A stretch of 64,000 nucleotides of DNA from a virus (IMGVR_UViG_3300021255_002065:32001-96000); one strand, 5' to 3'; positions 30,820 to 41,612 are shown, numbered from the stretch's first letter. The notes: generated from the sequence alone by a model not told the origin. Program-made: numbers and translations.

Positions 30820-30837
30820 ACGAACTTATGATTTCGT
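30820..30837. promoter_or_regulatory. Overlapping divergent putative late promoters (ACG-N6-TA/TG)
   Basis: ACG-AACTTA-TGA on plus and ACG-AAATCA-TAA on minus, between divergent structural operons; same motif at 7011-7022(-), 8307-8318(-) and 11697-11708(+). Confidence 0.5.
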
Positions 30838-30874
30838 TTTTATATCATATATAATAGAAGGAGATGAGAATGAT

Positions 30875-33286
30875 ATGGAGAAGAAAGTGCAATTAAAAGA
30901 ACAAGAGATTGTTGGACAAGAGGTTGTATTATCCGATATTTATCCAAAAACAGATACCACATCTGTTGAAGATCCTGTGACTGGAGCATCGTTGGATGTC
31001 AAGTTGGATTATCTTGTAGAAATGATCAATGACAAACTCACACGTGTTGTGAATTCTGTTAACAATAGAACAGGTGTTGTTGTATTGGATGCATCTGATG
31101 TTGGTTTGGGAAATGTAGACAATGTGTCTTATGCAGAAATCAAAGAATGGACAGATGATGCCATCGTCCAAATGTTTGCAAATAAGAAAATCATATTGGC
31201 AGATACACAAGCATCATTAGATGACTGGATGGAGACAAATAATGATCCAATCTATGACAACGTATTATTCTATATACAATCGATTGATGAAAACAACGAA
31301 TATCGTGGTAGGATTGGTTATTTGAGATATAATACAAATAATGATACATTGTATATGTCTGAATACAAAGCCATCAATACAATTGGTGAAACAGACCAAA
31401 GCCTCGTTTACCAAAATGGAAAATTGAAAGTAAGTATATCTGCTATATTCGCAAATGTATTATATAATGCAGATGATGGATTACGGGTAGACTGGGATCG
31501 AACAGGACATTTATTGTATACTTTTAATTCCATCTATGATTTTTCAAATTTAAATAATACATTAGATGGATTATTGTTGACAGATGATCATTATGGAGAT
31601 GAATCAGCTCCAAATATAGATGTCAGAATTAATGATCGAAATGTGATTAATAAGACAACGGGTCAATCTTTATTTAAATTAAATTATGACAGTATTAAGA
31701 ATAAAGCAGGTTTTAAATTATTGGATGATGGGATATCTAGTGCATATATCATCATCACAAATAGTGAAAATGATATTGCTCAAATTGAAAATATCGATTC
31801 TTTGTCGATCACACCAGAATTAATTCATCATAATACATTAGTTGGTATCTTGAGTCATTCCCGTAACACGGGTCGTTGGATGTTAAGACTTATTGCAATA
31901 AAGCAAGCAGCGTCATGGGGTTTAACAACAGATCCTGTATATCAAACACCAAACACGATTCGACATGTCAATGACAGTATTATGAGAGTGGAAACAATCG
32001 GTGATACATCCGGCATTCAAGTGTTGTCAAAACCAACACAATATGACATTGCAAATGTAGCTGATGATGGTAATTACAATAAGTCTATCCCGAATTCACA
32101 AATGAATTGGAAGTTTACTCCAGAAGGAATTCATGAAATTTATACAACTGCACCTACCAGACAAGGTGGACTGTTTATTCCGACAGATGCATCATTAATG
32201 ACATACTCTTATGATGAATATGGTTTGAAACCAGAATTAAAGAATGCATCAACAGAATTAGCATCATCCAGAATTGATAACTGGTTTGCAAATACACCAT
32301 ACCATCTGGATCAAACACAATTAGAATCTCATGAGGGCTATCTTAATAAACCAACATTTATTGGCATCAATCTTGTGAAATGGAAAAATGAGGTTGAAGA
32401 TGGTGGTGACACTGCAATTACTTTAATCCCCATCTCTGGATTAAAAGTAATTGATGCATATGATGCTAATAAACATGGAGCATTAACATGGGCTGATTTA
32501 GGACTGGATGAAACAGTTGATCATGAACGATTATTGAAAGATGCAAATGTCTTATCACCATTTGATTTACCTTTTACAGGTGGACTCATGGTGAATGTTG
32601 GGAAAGGTTTGGAAATCATGCCAACAGCAGTACCAGAACATGGCGAGGATTTCAATACACAAGGGAAAGTGAATGTGCGTATCGGTAATGGTTTGACATT
32701 TGATGATTATGGACGTATTGAAATTGCGGATGGTGCATTCGGTGCGGATACTTCATTTGATCGAATCGCCGAATTCCAATACGGAGATAAGTCTTATCAA
32801 TATCTGAATGAGATTGTAAACAATCCAAATCGACATCAAATTATGCATGAAGATCAGTTGTTGGATGGTTCAGCAACAAAAACCATATTCCGTTTGGGCG
32901 ATGGTTTACGATTAAAATATATCGAAGAGGATTTCCCACAACTTTTGTTATTCCAATTTACTATGTCACAATTGCGAAATAGTGGAATCTTTGATGAAAG
33001 TAATGTATTAGATGACATGACATTTGTTGATTTAAAAACAAGAATCGCAACATTGTATCATTCCACTGATGGGTTGGATTATGATAAATTGGTATCCGAT
33101 AGCAAATCCATTTTATATAAAAATGATTATGTGGAAAACTTTGTTAGCTATGGTATGTTATTACATCTGGGAGCTAGACTGGGTAAAACCGCAACAGAAT
33201 TGAGTATTGGATTAACAACGTCTGATCTTGAAACATTGTATGTTACAAAATATCCAGATTACGAGGGAAAAATAAAACCAGCATAA
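30875..33286 (+). CDS. Tail fibre-like structural protein
   Basis: VNSVNNRTGVVVLDASDVGLGNVDN tail-fibre repeat and several (V/L)xxGxGL motifs. Confidence 0.65.
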   Translation: MEKKVQLKEQEIVGQEVVLSDIYPKTDTTSVEDPVTGASLDVKLDYLVEMINDKLTRVVNSVNNRTGVVVLDASDVGLGNVDNVSYAEIKEWTDDAIVQMFANKKIILADTQASLDDWMETNNDPIYDNVLFYIQSIDENNEYRGRIGYLRYNTNNDTLYMSEYKAINTIGETDQSLVYQNGKLKVSISAIFANVLYNADDGLRVDWDRTGHLLYTFNSIYDFSNLNNTLDGLLLTDDHYGDESAPNIDVRINDRNVINKTTGQSLFKLNYDSIKNKAGFKLLDDGISSAYIIITNSENDIAQIENIDSLSITPELIHHNTLVGILSHSRNTGRWMLRLIAIKQAASWGLTTDPVYQTPNTIRHVNDSIMRVETIGDTSGIQVLSKPTQYDIANVADDGNYNKSIPNSQMNWKFTPEGIHEIYTTAPTRQGGLFIPTDASLMTYSYDEYGLKPELKNASTELASSRIDNWFANTPYHLDQTQLESHEGYLNKPTFIGINLVKWKNEVEDGGDTAITLIPISGLKVIDAYDANKHGALTWADLGLDETVDHERLLKDANVLSPFDLPFTGGLMVNVGKGLEIMPTAVPEHGEDFNTQGKVNVRIGNGLTFDDYGRIEIADGAFGADTSFDRIAEFQYGDKSYQYLNEIVNNPNRHQIMHEDQLLDGSATKTIFRLGDGLRLKYIEEDFPQLLLFQFTMSQLRNSGIFDESNVLDDMTFVDLKTRIATLYHSTDGLDYDKLVSDSKSILYKNDYVENFVSYGMLLHLGARLGKTATELSIGLTTSDLETLYVTKYPDYEGKIKPA

Positions 33287-33299
33287 TGGAGGTGTTAAT

Positions 33300-34052
33300 A
33301 TGCCATTGATTGAATTGAATACGGGTGATGGTTTGTCCACTTCTAAATTACAAGTAAAATTGGATACTGTCACACCAAATAATGATTTATGTGTATACGC
33401 AGATGGATTATATGTGAACGGTAGCACCTCTGATGGTTCTGGTGGTATTAAATTGAAAAAGAAACTCCATTATTATTACATCAATACAGATATGAGTCCA
33501 TGGGATGCAAACTATAATGGAGATAATGACAAATTCGAGAATCACATCTGTTGTGATTGTCAAGCACATCGTTGTTGGGATGCTACATTTGATACAGATG
33601 ATGAAGCAACCAGAGTACCAACTTTAGTATCTGGAAAAAATGAAGAAGACAAATTTCGTCCGGAAATCGATTGGGTATTACCGGGAGATTTCTTCCGTGT
33701 CAAAGTAGATGAGAACAGATATGAATACTTCATCATCACGGAAGTATCACCAGGTCCAACAACAAGAACATGTTCTGGATGTGGTCAATTAATTTATCCC
33801 TATGATGGATATTGTAAACATGGCAATCCGAAATATTATTATAATCAAACTGATAATCCCGCATATGATCCTGAAGCAGAAGGAAATGAAGTAACAAGTG
33901 TGAATGAAAATAATTATGAAGCACCAAAGATTTGTCCGATCTGTGGACAACCCATACTAAAACAATCAACCGAAGGTGTGGATGAGTTAATCGGGTTGCC
34001 AGGTAATAAACCGGTATCTTGGGCTTCTTTAGGAATTGCAGGTGATTGGTAA
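33300..34052 (+). CDS. Tail-associated protein with Zn-ribbon insert
   Basis: MPLIELNTGDGL N-terminus; CSGC and CPIC pairs. Confidence 0.55.
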   Translation: MPLIELNTGDGLSTSKLQVKLDTVTPNNDLCVYADGLYVNGSTSDGSGGIKLKKKLHYYYINTDMSPWDANYNGDNDKFENHICCDCQAHRCWDATFDTDDEATRVPTLVSGKNEEDKFRPEIDWVLPGDFFRVKVDENRYEYFIITEVSPGPTTRTCSGCGQLIYPYDGYCKHGNPKYYYNQTDNPAYDPEAEGNEVTSVNENNYEAPKICPICGQPILKQSTEGVDELIGLPGNKPVSWASLGIAGDW

Positions 34053-34465
34053 TGCCAGTGATTGAAATTACAACAGATACATCATTGGTATCAAATGATG
34101 ATGGTTTGTCATTACAATTATCCAAACGATCGGCAAATCGATTGGAATTTAATGATAAAGGTGAATTGACATTAAAAGAGGTAAAGGCGACGGGTTATCT
34201 ACCATTGAATGGTGTCATCGGAGAATATGATGTCCCCATGGAACAAATTGGTGCTGATTCCTCATGTACACGTTTGGCAAACTGGAACGATACAAATGGT
34301 GACGTGAAAGAAACTGGAGCAACTGGAATAGAAGGTAGAGATGGTGTTAATTTGATCGGTCTGTTTACTGAACTCTTGACAAATGATGGATATGATTTAA
34401 GTGTTACCTTTTGGCCAAAGGAACCTTATGCCAAAAATGAAACATACAAAGGAGAGTGGAGTTAA
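34052..34465 (+). CDS. Tail-associated protein
   Basis: MPVIEI N-terminus similar to neighbours; TAATG coupling. Confidence 0.55.
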   Translation: MPVIEITTDTSLVSNDDGLSLQLSKRSANRLEFNDKGELTLKEVKATGYLPLNGVIGEYDVPMEQIGADSSCTRLANWNDTNGDVKETGATGIEGRDGVNLIGLFTELLTNDGYDLSVTFWPKEPYAKNETYKGEWS

Positions 34466-35358
34466 TGCCATCGATTGATATTGAAGCTGGAAAGGGAATC
34501 AAAATCACCGATGATGGTGAACTCACTGTTGCATTGGATGCTTCTAAATCAACAGAATTAAAAGGTTCTGAAAATGGGATTTGGGCAAAGGGTCAGAAGA
34601 CACTCAGTGACCAATGTACGGATGAATGGAGTGTGATCACCAAACCAAATGAAACTGGTGATGAAAAAACCATTTATGGTAATGCCAGAGTTGTTGGAAA
34701 ATGTTATGTATTTTGCATGTTTCGAACAAGACGATTGTGGTCTTCTGATGATGCAGATGATCCAGACCGTGTTCGTATCCTTCGTACAAAAGACCCATCT
34801 GTCGCAACTGCAGATGATTTAAAATCCGCAGATGATTTGGTTCGAGAAATCAATTTACAACGCTTTTATGCAGCAAAAGAATCTGATGGTTCTTATGCTG
34901 GATCTCGAGTTATCCCGAGACCCGGTTCACTAATTGCATTTTCTGATGTGGTATATGGCACAACGGTTGGTTCAACAAGAATCTACGAAGATGGATCCAG
35001 ATTTCCTTGTTTGACTACTTATACAAAGAATGGAAATACCATTGAGAAGTTAACTGCTCCACAAAAGATTTATGCATTGTTCATGGTTACACGTGCACAA
35101 TATACAGAAGCTGGTGCAAATAAACAGAATTATTCCAAATCAACATTCCCGGGTGCAACACCATCTGCTTATCGATGCTTGATGAGGATTCGACTGAAAT
35201 GTTTGTGGAGTGATCAAACATCATTCCCAATCCTTGTGAATAGTTATGGATGGACAAAAGGTTCTTATTTACTAGGAACTCATGAATCAGCATCAAGAGA
35301 CTATGGTCAGTGGGATTTAACTAACATTTATGAAGACAGCCATTACAATATTTCATAA
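34465..35358 (+). CDS. Tail-associated protein
   Basis: MPSIDIEAGKGI N-terminus; TAATG coupling. Confidence 0.55.
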   Translation: MPSIDIEAGKGIKITDDGELTVALDASKSTELKGSENGIWAKGQKTLSDQCTDEWSVITKPNETGDEKTIYGNARVVGKCYVFCMFRTRRLWSSDDADDPDRVRILRTKDPSVATADDLKSADDLVREINLQRFYAAKESDGSYAGSRVIPRPGSLIAFSDVVYGTTVGSTRIYEDGSRFPCLTTYTKNGNTIEKLTAPQKIYALFMVTRAQYTEAGANKQNYSKSTFPGATPSAYRCLMRIRLKCLWSDQTSFPILVNSYGWTKGSYLLGTHESASRDYGQWDLTNIYEDSHYNIS

Positions 35359-35386
35359 TAACATTTATTGTAGGAGGAATGCAAAT

Positions 35387-36742
35387 ATGCAAAAAGAATA
35401 CATTGCAAATGAACAAATGTCATTCAAGGATAAATCGTCATTAGCTGAAGAAAAACATGGTCTTCGTGGTGTCATTCAGATTTATCGTAAGAACAAAGAA
35501 ACTGGTGAAGTTTCATTCTGGGATGAAAGTGAGAACACGATCGTACTGGGTGGGTATCAATGGATATTGATGAAAATGTTCGGTTTGTTCTTGGACAGTT
35601 CTCATGGTAAAGTGACAGATGATTTGACAAGAGATACAACATTGGCAATTCCAGATTTGAATAACAGAATGCAAATTGGTGTCAATCCCGGTGAAGATAC
35701 ACCAGAAGGAAGTGCATCTGGTTCAATCGATGGATATACCAGAATGGAAGATAATATCGCCGTAAATCATATCTGCCAAGGATTCATGATTGGTAATGGT
35801 GGTGCTGGCGAAGATTCTGTCACCACAAAGAATACATCTTATTCCTTTATTAATCTCCGGAATCCAATTCCATTCCGTGAAACAACTTCTACTGATACAA
35901 CAACAGCTGGGAAATATCTTGGTTGTTACTTTGGTAATGAAGATGCGAATGCTGGTAAAATTGTAAAGGCAGCATACATTAAGAAGTTTGATTCCACTCC
36001 TCATATCTATCATTCTTGGTGGGTAGATGGTCAGAGATGGGATTATGTTGATCCAGTTACACAGAACTATCTTGGTCCTGATACAGATACAACTGTTTGG
36101 AAGACAAATCGTATTGAGACATATGTGGAATGCAAATTATCCATTTCCGATACGGATTGTCAAGATTACTTCAAGCATGCTGGCGTTACCAGTACTGCAC
36201 AAATCAATGAATTAGGTTTGGTTGCATTTGATACTGTTTTGGGTGAACGCTCTATCATCGAAACATGCTACAATCAAAAGATTTATGATTTCTTGAAGAT
36301 TGTATATACTGCAAAAGGTGATAAAACTCCCACATCCAATCAGAATAAGATGTTTAAGTTGTTAGCAACCGAAATCAAAACGATTCTGATGCCTCTTGCA
36401 TCTCAAATCAGTCAGAGCAATATCCAAGCATTCATTGAAGCAATTCCTGACTTTACTGCAGAAGATTTGGAATCTGATGAATATCCAGTTGAGAATTATC
36501 AGTTGCTGCAACAAGAATTTTCCGCTGATAGTAATATCGGTGCACAAGCATTCTATAATCAGGATGACACCATCCAGTATGTGGAAGATAATTTCTTGAC
36601 TAAATTGCAAGATGCTGATACAGTGAATTTGACATTGGACGAAGCACAGAGAATCAAACTGATCACATATTATACATTCAATAGTATTCCGATTTCTCAA
36701 AACTGGGAAATTCTGATTAACTATCGAATCTATGCAAATTAA
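35387..36742 (+). CDS. Baseplate/tail structural protein
   Basis: LRGVIQIY..ENTIVLGG..GFMIGNGG..INELGL..INYRIY pattern of myophage baseplate/fibre-anchor proteins. Confidence 0.6.
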   Translation: MQKEYIANEQMSFKDKSSLAEEKHGLRGVIQIYRKNKETGEVSFWDESENTIVLGGYQWILMKMFGLFLDSSHGKVTDDLTRDTTLAIPDLNNRMQIGVNPGEDTPEGSASGSIDGYTRMEDNIAVNHICQGFMIGNGGAGEDSVTTKNTSYSFINLRNPIPFRETTSTDTTTAGKYLGCYFGNEDANAGKIVKAAYIKKFDSTPHIYHSWWVDGQRWDYVDPVTQNYLGPDTDTTVWKTNRIETYVECKLSISDTDCQDYFKHAGVTSTAQINELGLVAFDTVLGERSIIETCYNQKIYDFLKIVYTAKGDKTPTSNQNKMFKLLATEIKTILMPLASQISQSNIQAFIEAIPDFTAEDLESDEYPVENYQLLQQEFSADSNIGAQAFYNQDDTIQYVEDNFLTKLQDADTVNLTLDEAQRIKLITYYTFNSIPISQNWEILINYRIYAN

Positions 36743-36760
36743 ATAGGAGGAGGTGATTTC

Positions 36761-37360
36761 GTGTCTGATGTAAATCATGAAAATGAATTGAAGATGCGAG
36801 AGGAATATTCTAATTCCATACTGAATAATGTTGCAACTGTCATTGGATACTGGAGTCATATTGGTTGGTCTACGGTAAAGATTACAATTCCAATGGAACC
36901 AAAACCTTCCCAGAGACCTAGGTTGTCTGGATATCGGGTTTACGTCCCAGGAGCATACAAAAACACAGCTTTTTTCCATAAGAATGTATTACCCAAACTT
37001 GGTGATTTATGGATTAATACACCATGTAAAACTAAAATAGATATCTATGTTAAAACACCAACTTCTTTTTCCAAAGCACAAAAGTTATTGGCTGAGATGA
37101 AAATACTTCGCCCGTGGGTTAGAGCTGGTGATATAGACAACTTTGAAAAAAGTTGTCTGGATGCGATGGTTGGTAATAAAAAAAGAAAACATAAAGGAAT
37201 CATGTCAGATGATTGCATTGTCGTGGATATGGATTCGCACAAATACTATTCCATTACACCGAGATATGAAATTGAAATCACCTACATGAACAAAGTGCCA
37301 GAATGTATCAAACGAATTTTAAAAATCGAAGAACCTCAGCGAGAGGTTGACGGGGATTAA
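36761..37360 (+). CDS. rusA: RusA-like Holliday junction resolvase
   Basis: PxPSQRPR N-terminus, RP..xDIDNFEKSCLD and IMSDDCIV catalytic acidic motifs. Confidence 0.8.
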   Translation: MSDVNHENELKMREEYSNSILNNVATVIGYWSHIGWSTVKITIPMEPKPSQRPRLSGYRVYVPGAYKNTAFFHKNVLPKLGDLWINTPCKTKIDIYVKTPTSFSKAQKLLAEMKILRPWVRAGDIDNFEKSCLDAMVGNKKRKHKGIMSDDCIVVDMDSHKYYSITPRYEIEITYMNKVPECIKRILKIEEPQREVDGD

Positions 37361-38544
37361 TCCCCGTCATCTCTCATTTCATTTAACATTTTTCTTTTTA
37401 GATATTTCATATCATAAACAGTAACATGGTTCAATCCCAATCTATGAACTTCTTTGATTGCCTTAGATGGTGACATATCACATTTTTTGAGAATCTTCTT
37501 CAATATTTCTCTTTCATCCTCCTTTATTTTTCGATTAAGCTTCATATTTGGAAAATTAAATTCTTTCATTGATTCTTTTACAGTACTGATGTTGGCCACA
37601 GTAATATCAGTGTATCCCATTTCATGTAATTCTTTTAACACTGGATTTCTGTCACCATTATATTTGATTAACAATTCCCTTGTCAATTCTAATACATCAT
37701 CATATAACTTTTTATAGTGTAGGATAGTAACATTTTCTCCAGATTCAATAAAGAATTTCTTCGCATTCTGAACCATGCTAATTGAGATTTCATTGTATCC
37801 CATTTTGTGTAATTCGACAGTTGTTTCATGTGGATGCCAATCATTTCGGATAAGAACATCTTTTACTAATTTTAGTAAAAATGGATTCATAACAGATTTA
37901 CTCAGATTTGTCAATCTGGCATGTTGGTTGTTTTGTGCATATGTTACAACCTCGAGATTATCAATCCTATTGTTGTCAGTGAAGCCATCAATGTGATTGA
38001 CAATTAATTCGGGTGTCAATCCTAAAAATGCATTTGCAACGATTCTGTGAATGGGGTATGTCTTTCGAGTCCCGTCTTCGATTCTGAAGAATGATTGTTT
38101 ATATCCACAACAATATGTTCCATGTAAAGGTCCGATATTGTCATGTTTAATTCTACCCCATGACGATATGAAATATCTATTTTTGACGATGGGTGGTAAT
38201 TCCACTGGTTTCCAGATTTCGACATCTTCCACCCATTGAAGATTATCGACTGAGTTATCAGTTTTATCTCCATTGAGATGTAGAATTTCCAATTCTCCAG
38301 ATATTAATTCATCTGGGATTGGTATGAATGTTAATGCAACAAGTTTATCTGTGCGAACCAGGTGGTTTGAGTGAAAATCATCAAATACGACGAGATTGTA
38401 ACTATATCCATTCGTCGAAATATACGGTTCGACTAATGTTGGACTTCCGTTGATATTGTATCTAAAATTTCCTAATGTTGAAATTTCACAAAAGGATGCA
38501 ATTGATAAATCATTAACGGAGTTCCAAATTTCATTTTTTGTCAT
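37357..38544 (-). mobile_element. Free-standing homing endonuclease gene (two NUMOD4/HNH modules plus three C-terminal HTH-like repeats)
   Basis: HLNGDKTDNSVDNLQWV and HRIVANAF..VNHIDGFTDNNRIDNLE..NNQHA; ELHxMGY repeats; opposite strand to the operon. Confidence 0.85.
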
Positions 38545-38634
38545 ATGTGTAAACCTACTTTCTATGTTTATTTTTGAGACAATGGTGATTCATATCTCAG
38601 ATTAATATTATATATCTATCATTGTGATTTTATA

Positions 38635-38814
38635 TTGCAACCGAATAAGAAACGTGGTCACAGAGGAATCTTGGCTGATGATTCACTTGTATATGAAGTA
38701 TCTGCAAATAAGTATTATTCCATCACGCCACGATATGAAATCACCATCACATATATGACGAAGATTCCAGAATGTATTAAGAATATTATGAAATTAAGAA
38801 AGGTAGATGATTGA
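38635..38814 (+). pseudogene. Orphaned duplicate 3' end of the RusA-like gene
   Basis: Translates LQPNKKRGHRGILADDSLVYEVSANKYYSITPRYEITITYMTKIPECIKNIMKLRKVDD*, homologous to the C-terminus of 36761-37360; no RBS. Confidence 0.85.
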
Positions 38815-40408
38815 TATGCCACGTGATGAATACAAAGATTGGATAGCACGAAATGGTGGTCCGAGTGATGAAGATTATGAGACCACTATGGATACAATTG
38901 GTAATACAAAAGATTTATATAAATCTTCACTTGGTAGATTTCAAAAGGGAATGAAGAAAGCGAAAAGTACCAAATCTATTATTGGTATGGCTTCTCGTAA
39001 TACCTTTGATTTCCCTGTGTTTATTTCCAAGAGTGTACCTCTTGATTATGCAACTGCAACAACAATGTTATTGGAACAATTGTATGCGGCATATGTACAG
39101 ATGGCTGTATCTCAGAATCCATATGTTGATGCAAAGAGTGTTGAATGTGGTGGTCTATTAGCCAAGTTCAATACCAACATCACAAAGTATGTTGAATATG
39201 TTGCATTGACAGACACAGAATATCAACACGATGCTTGTCATAATGAAATCTATACGGAAGATGCAGAATTCATATTTGATATGATTGATGTATCTGATGA
39301 AGATGCAGAAGGTATTCTACAAGAAATGGATTATGAACCATTATCTGAATTCGATGACTTCTTCCAAGAAGGCGGCGGCGCCGGTGGTGGTGCTGGTGGT
39401 GGTGCCGGAGCCGGAGCAGGTGCTGGGGCTCCCGCTATTCCAGTTATGCAGGCAAGAAACATACAAGCTCGTCAGGATATTCAAAATGTCGATGCTCGCG
39501 GAAATCGTGTGGATTATGATGCACATGGGAATATTGTCGGACGTCATCGTGATACTCCTTTTGAGCAATATAACAGGGACGTATTCCGTCGTCGTCTTAA
39601 GAACAGAGCTGATTCCGAAAAAGCTGTTGCCGATGCTGAAATTGCTGCACGTGATTTGAAGAATTACAACAAACATGAACGTGAGAACACAGAAGGGCAT
39701 CGTATGAAGATGATGAATCGTTCTCCTGAAATATTAAAAGAGGAAGACATGAGAAAGATGAATTCCATGAAACCTTTATTGATGAAACTTCAGATGAGAG
39801 TGACTCGTCCAGGTCAGCCAGATGATCCACGTGAATTTGTAATCGGTGTACACTGTCATGCTCGTTTGATTGAACCATCCACATTGCCAGATGTTGTCAA
39901 GTTCCCATTGAAAGAGATGAATGCAATTGCTCGTCGTGCAAAATGGAAAGCTGGCGAATTGAAATTCATGAGAGATATCGTATTCCAGATTAAAGAAAGA
40001 AAACAAACCGCTGTCGATGCAAAGGATCCAAAACGCAAATGGTATCGTCGTTTATATGAATTAGCACATTCTAAAGGTGATGCAAATGTGTCTGGGGCTG
40101 TATCTGGAAATGGTACAACTGGTCTAATTCCGAATGCAACGATTATGATTACAAATGGAGATGTGGAAAGTATTAAATCTCAAACCAAACTTGATGTATT
40201 AAAACCATCATTGGCAAAGAGATTGTGTAATGAATTATTCCTCATTTCATTTGTGGTAATTGATCAAGATGCAGAATCAATCAAACTTTATATTCCTGAA
40301 TTATATAAAGATTGGGAAATCCATTCACTTGCAAGTGTTGAAAAACAGCTTGCTGAATTATCTACTGCAGGTTCTAAGACAAGAGACCTGTTCAAATTGA
40401 TTAAGTAA
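38807..40408 (+). CDS. Virion structural protein (probable head protein)
   Basis: 533-aa ORF; acidic stretch ending FFQE followed by a Gly/Ala linker. Confidence 0.55.
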   Translation: MIDMPRDEYKDWIARNGGPSDEDYETTMDTIGNTKDLYKSSLGRFQKGMKKAKSTKSIIGMASRNTFDFPVFISKSVPLDYATATTMLLEQLYAAYVQMAVSQNPYVDAKSVECGGLLAKFNTNITKYVEYVALTDTEYQHDACHNEIYTEDAEFIFDMIDVSDEDAEGILQEMDYEPLSEFDDFFQEGGGAGGGAGGGAGAGAGAGAPAIPVMQARNIQARQDIQNVDARGNRVDYDAHGNIVGRHRDTPFEQYNRDVFRRRLKNRADSEKAVADAEIAARDLKNYNKHERENTEGHRMKMMNRSPEILKEEDMRKMNSMKPLLMKLQMRVTRPGQPDDPREFVIGVHCHARLIEPSTLPDVVKFPLKEMNAIARRAKWKAGELKFMRDIVFQIKERKQTAVDAKDPKRKWYRRLYELAHSKGDANVSGAVSGNGTTGLIPNATIMITNGDVESIKSQTKLDVLKPSLAKRLCNELFLISFVVIDQDAESIKLYIPELYKDWEIHSLASVEKQLAELSTAGSKTRDLFKLIK

Positions 40409-40423
40409 TAGGAGGGTTGATTT

Positions 40424-41599
40424 ATGAAAGAACCTGAAAGCAATTTAAAAGGAAATTTGTCGGATGATCAAATTCAAAAAGCCATTGTGAATGTGATGAA
40501 AGAATTAAATGACATTTATAAGAACAAAAGTTCCGATGAATACAAGATGGCAGGAGACATTACCAAGTCTCCTGTCTATGATGGAATTGAATCTGCTGTT
40601 GCAAATCTGAGTACATTAAAAGGTTTTCCAAAACAAGATGTCTCAGATTATCAGAATCTGTTTAATGCATTACACAAACCCATGTACAAGAAGATGGTTG
40701 CTGAATATCTGAAATCTCCGAATGAACAGAATACGGCATTTACAACAATCTTCACACTTGGTTATCGTACATTATTGGGAGATTTGTCACGTATCTATGC
40801 AGCAACAGAAGCCACAGAAAGTGGTATCGTATACCATCCTGACCAAGCTGCTAAACAACGTGCATTGACAAAATCCTTTATTAAAGCATTCAATAAGAAT
40901 ATTGATGATGAATACAACAAAGCTGTTCGTAGAAATGGAAATAAACCAAAGATGCATCAGGAAGGTGCTTTGTTCTCCGCAATTGGTTCTGGTGTTACCG
41001 CATTATCTACATTCTCTCGTGCACATGAACTTGGACCGATCACTGCATTCTTCCGTGACATTTTCAATTTCATCTTCGGTGCTCGAAAGGAATTGAATCC
41101 TATCTCCTTCATTAGTCATCGTTTGACCAAAAGTTATGATTCTTTGGTAGATCGATTCGAAGATACACAGAAGATGTATAATGCAACAAAAGAAGCTTAT
41201 GAAGAATATAAGAATTCTCCCGGAAGAAAAGATATGGCGATTGAAGGTAGATATCTGAGAAACCTTAAGAAATACAATATTGCCATGAAAACATTACAAG
41301 CAAAGCTTGCACACTATGACTCTCGTGCACAAGCAGAAGCTGAAGAAAAGATGTATAAAGCAAGAATGGAACAACGTCAGAAGATGAAAGAAGAAGCAGA
41401 AAGAAAGGCTTCTGAAAGAAAGGAGAATACAAGACCAACTCCCAAACCAGAACCGACACGTCCAACTCCTTCTATTCCAAAGCCAACAACATCTGTTCCA
41501 AAAGAAATGCCGAAGCCCGAACCTTCTCCATCTGAACAAAAACCAACGGAAGAGAAACCCAAACCACCAAAGGTTGACACGGGGGATCTTGATTTCTAA
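40424..41599 (+). CDS. Virion structural protein with Pro/Lys-rich tail
   Basis: MHQE-GA motif, amphipathic FFRDIFNFIF, coiled coil, PKPEP tail. Confidence 0.55.
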   Translation: MKEPESNLKGNLSDDQIQKAIVNVMKELNDIYKNKSSDEYKMAGDITKSPVYDGIESAVANLSTLKGFPKQDVSDYQNLFNALHKPMYKKMVAEYLKSPNEQNTAFTTIFTLGYRTLLGDLSRIYAATEATESGIVYHPDQAAKQRALTKSFIKAFNKNIDDEYNKAVRRNGNKPKMHQEGALFSAIGSGVTALSTFSRAHELGPITAFFRDIFNFIFGARKELNPISFISHRLTKSYDSLVDRFEDTQKMYNATKEAYEEYKNSPGRKDMAIEGRYLRNLKKYNIAMKTLQAKLAHYDSRAQAEAEEKMYKARMEQRQKMKEEAERKASERKENTRPTPKPEPTRPTPSIPKPTTSVPKEMPKPEPSPSEQKPTEEKPKPPKVDTGDLDF

Positions 41600-41612
41600 A
41601 ATGATATAATGT

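Noticed and set aside
39370-39432. GC-rich GGT/GCC run as a possible insertion element
   Set aside because: In-frame Gly/Ala linker following a predicted protease site; no mobile-element hallmarks.
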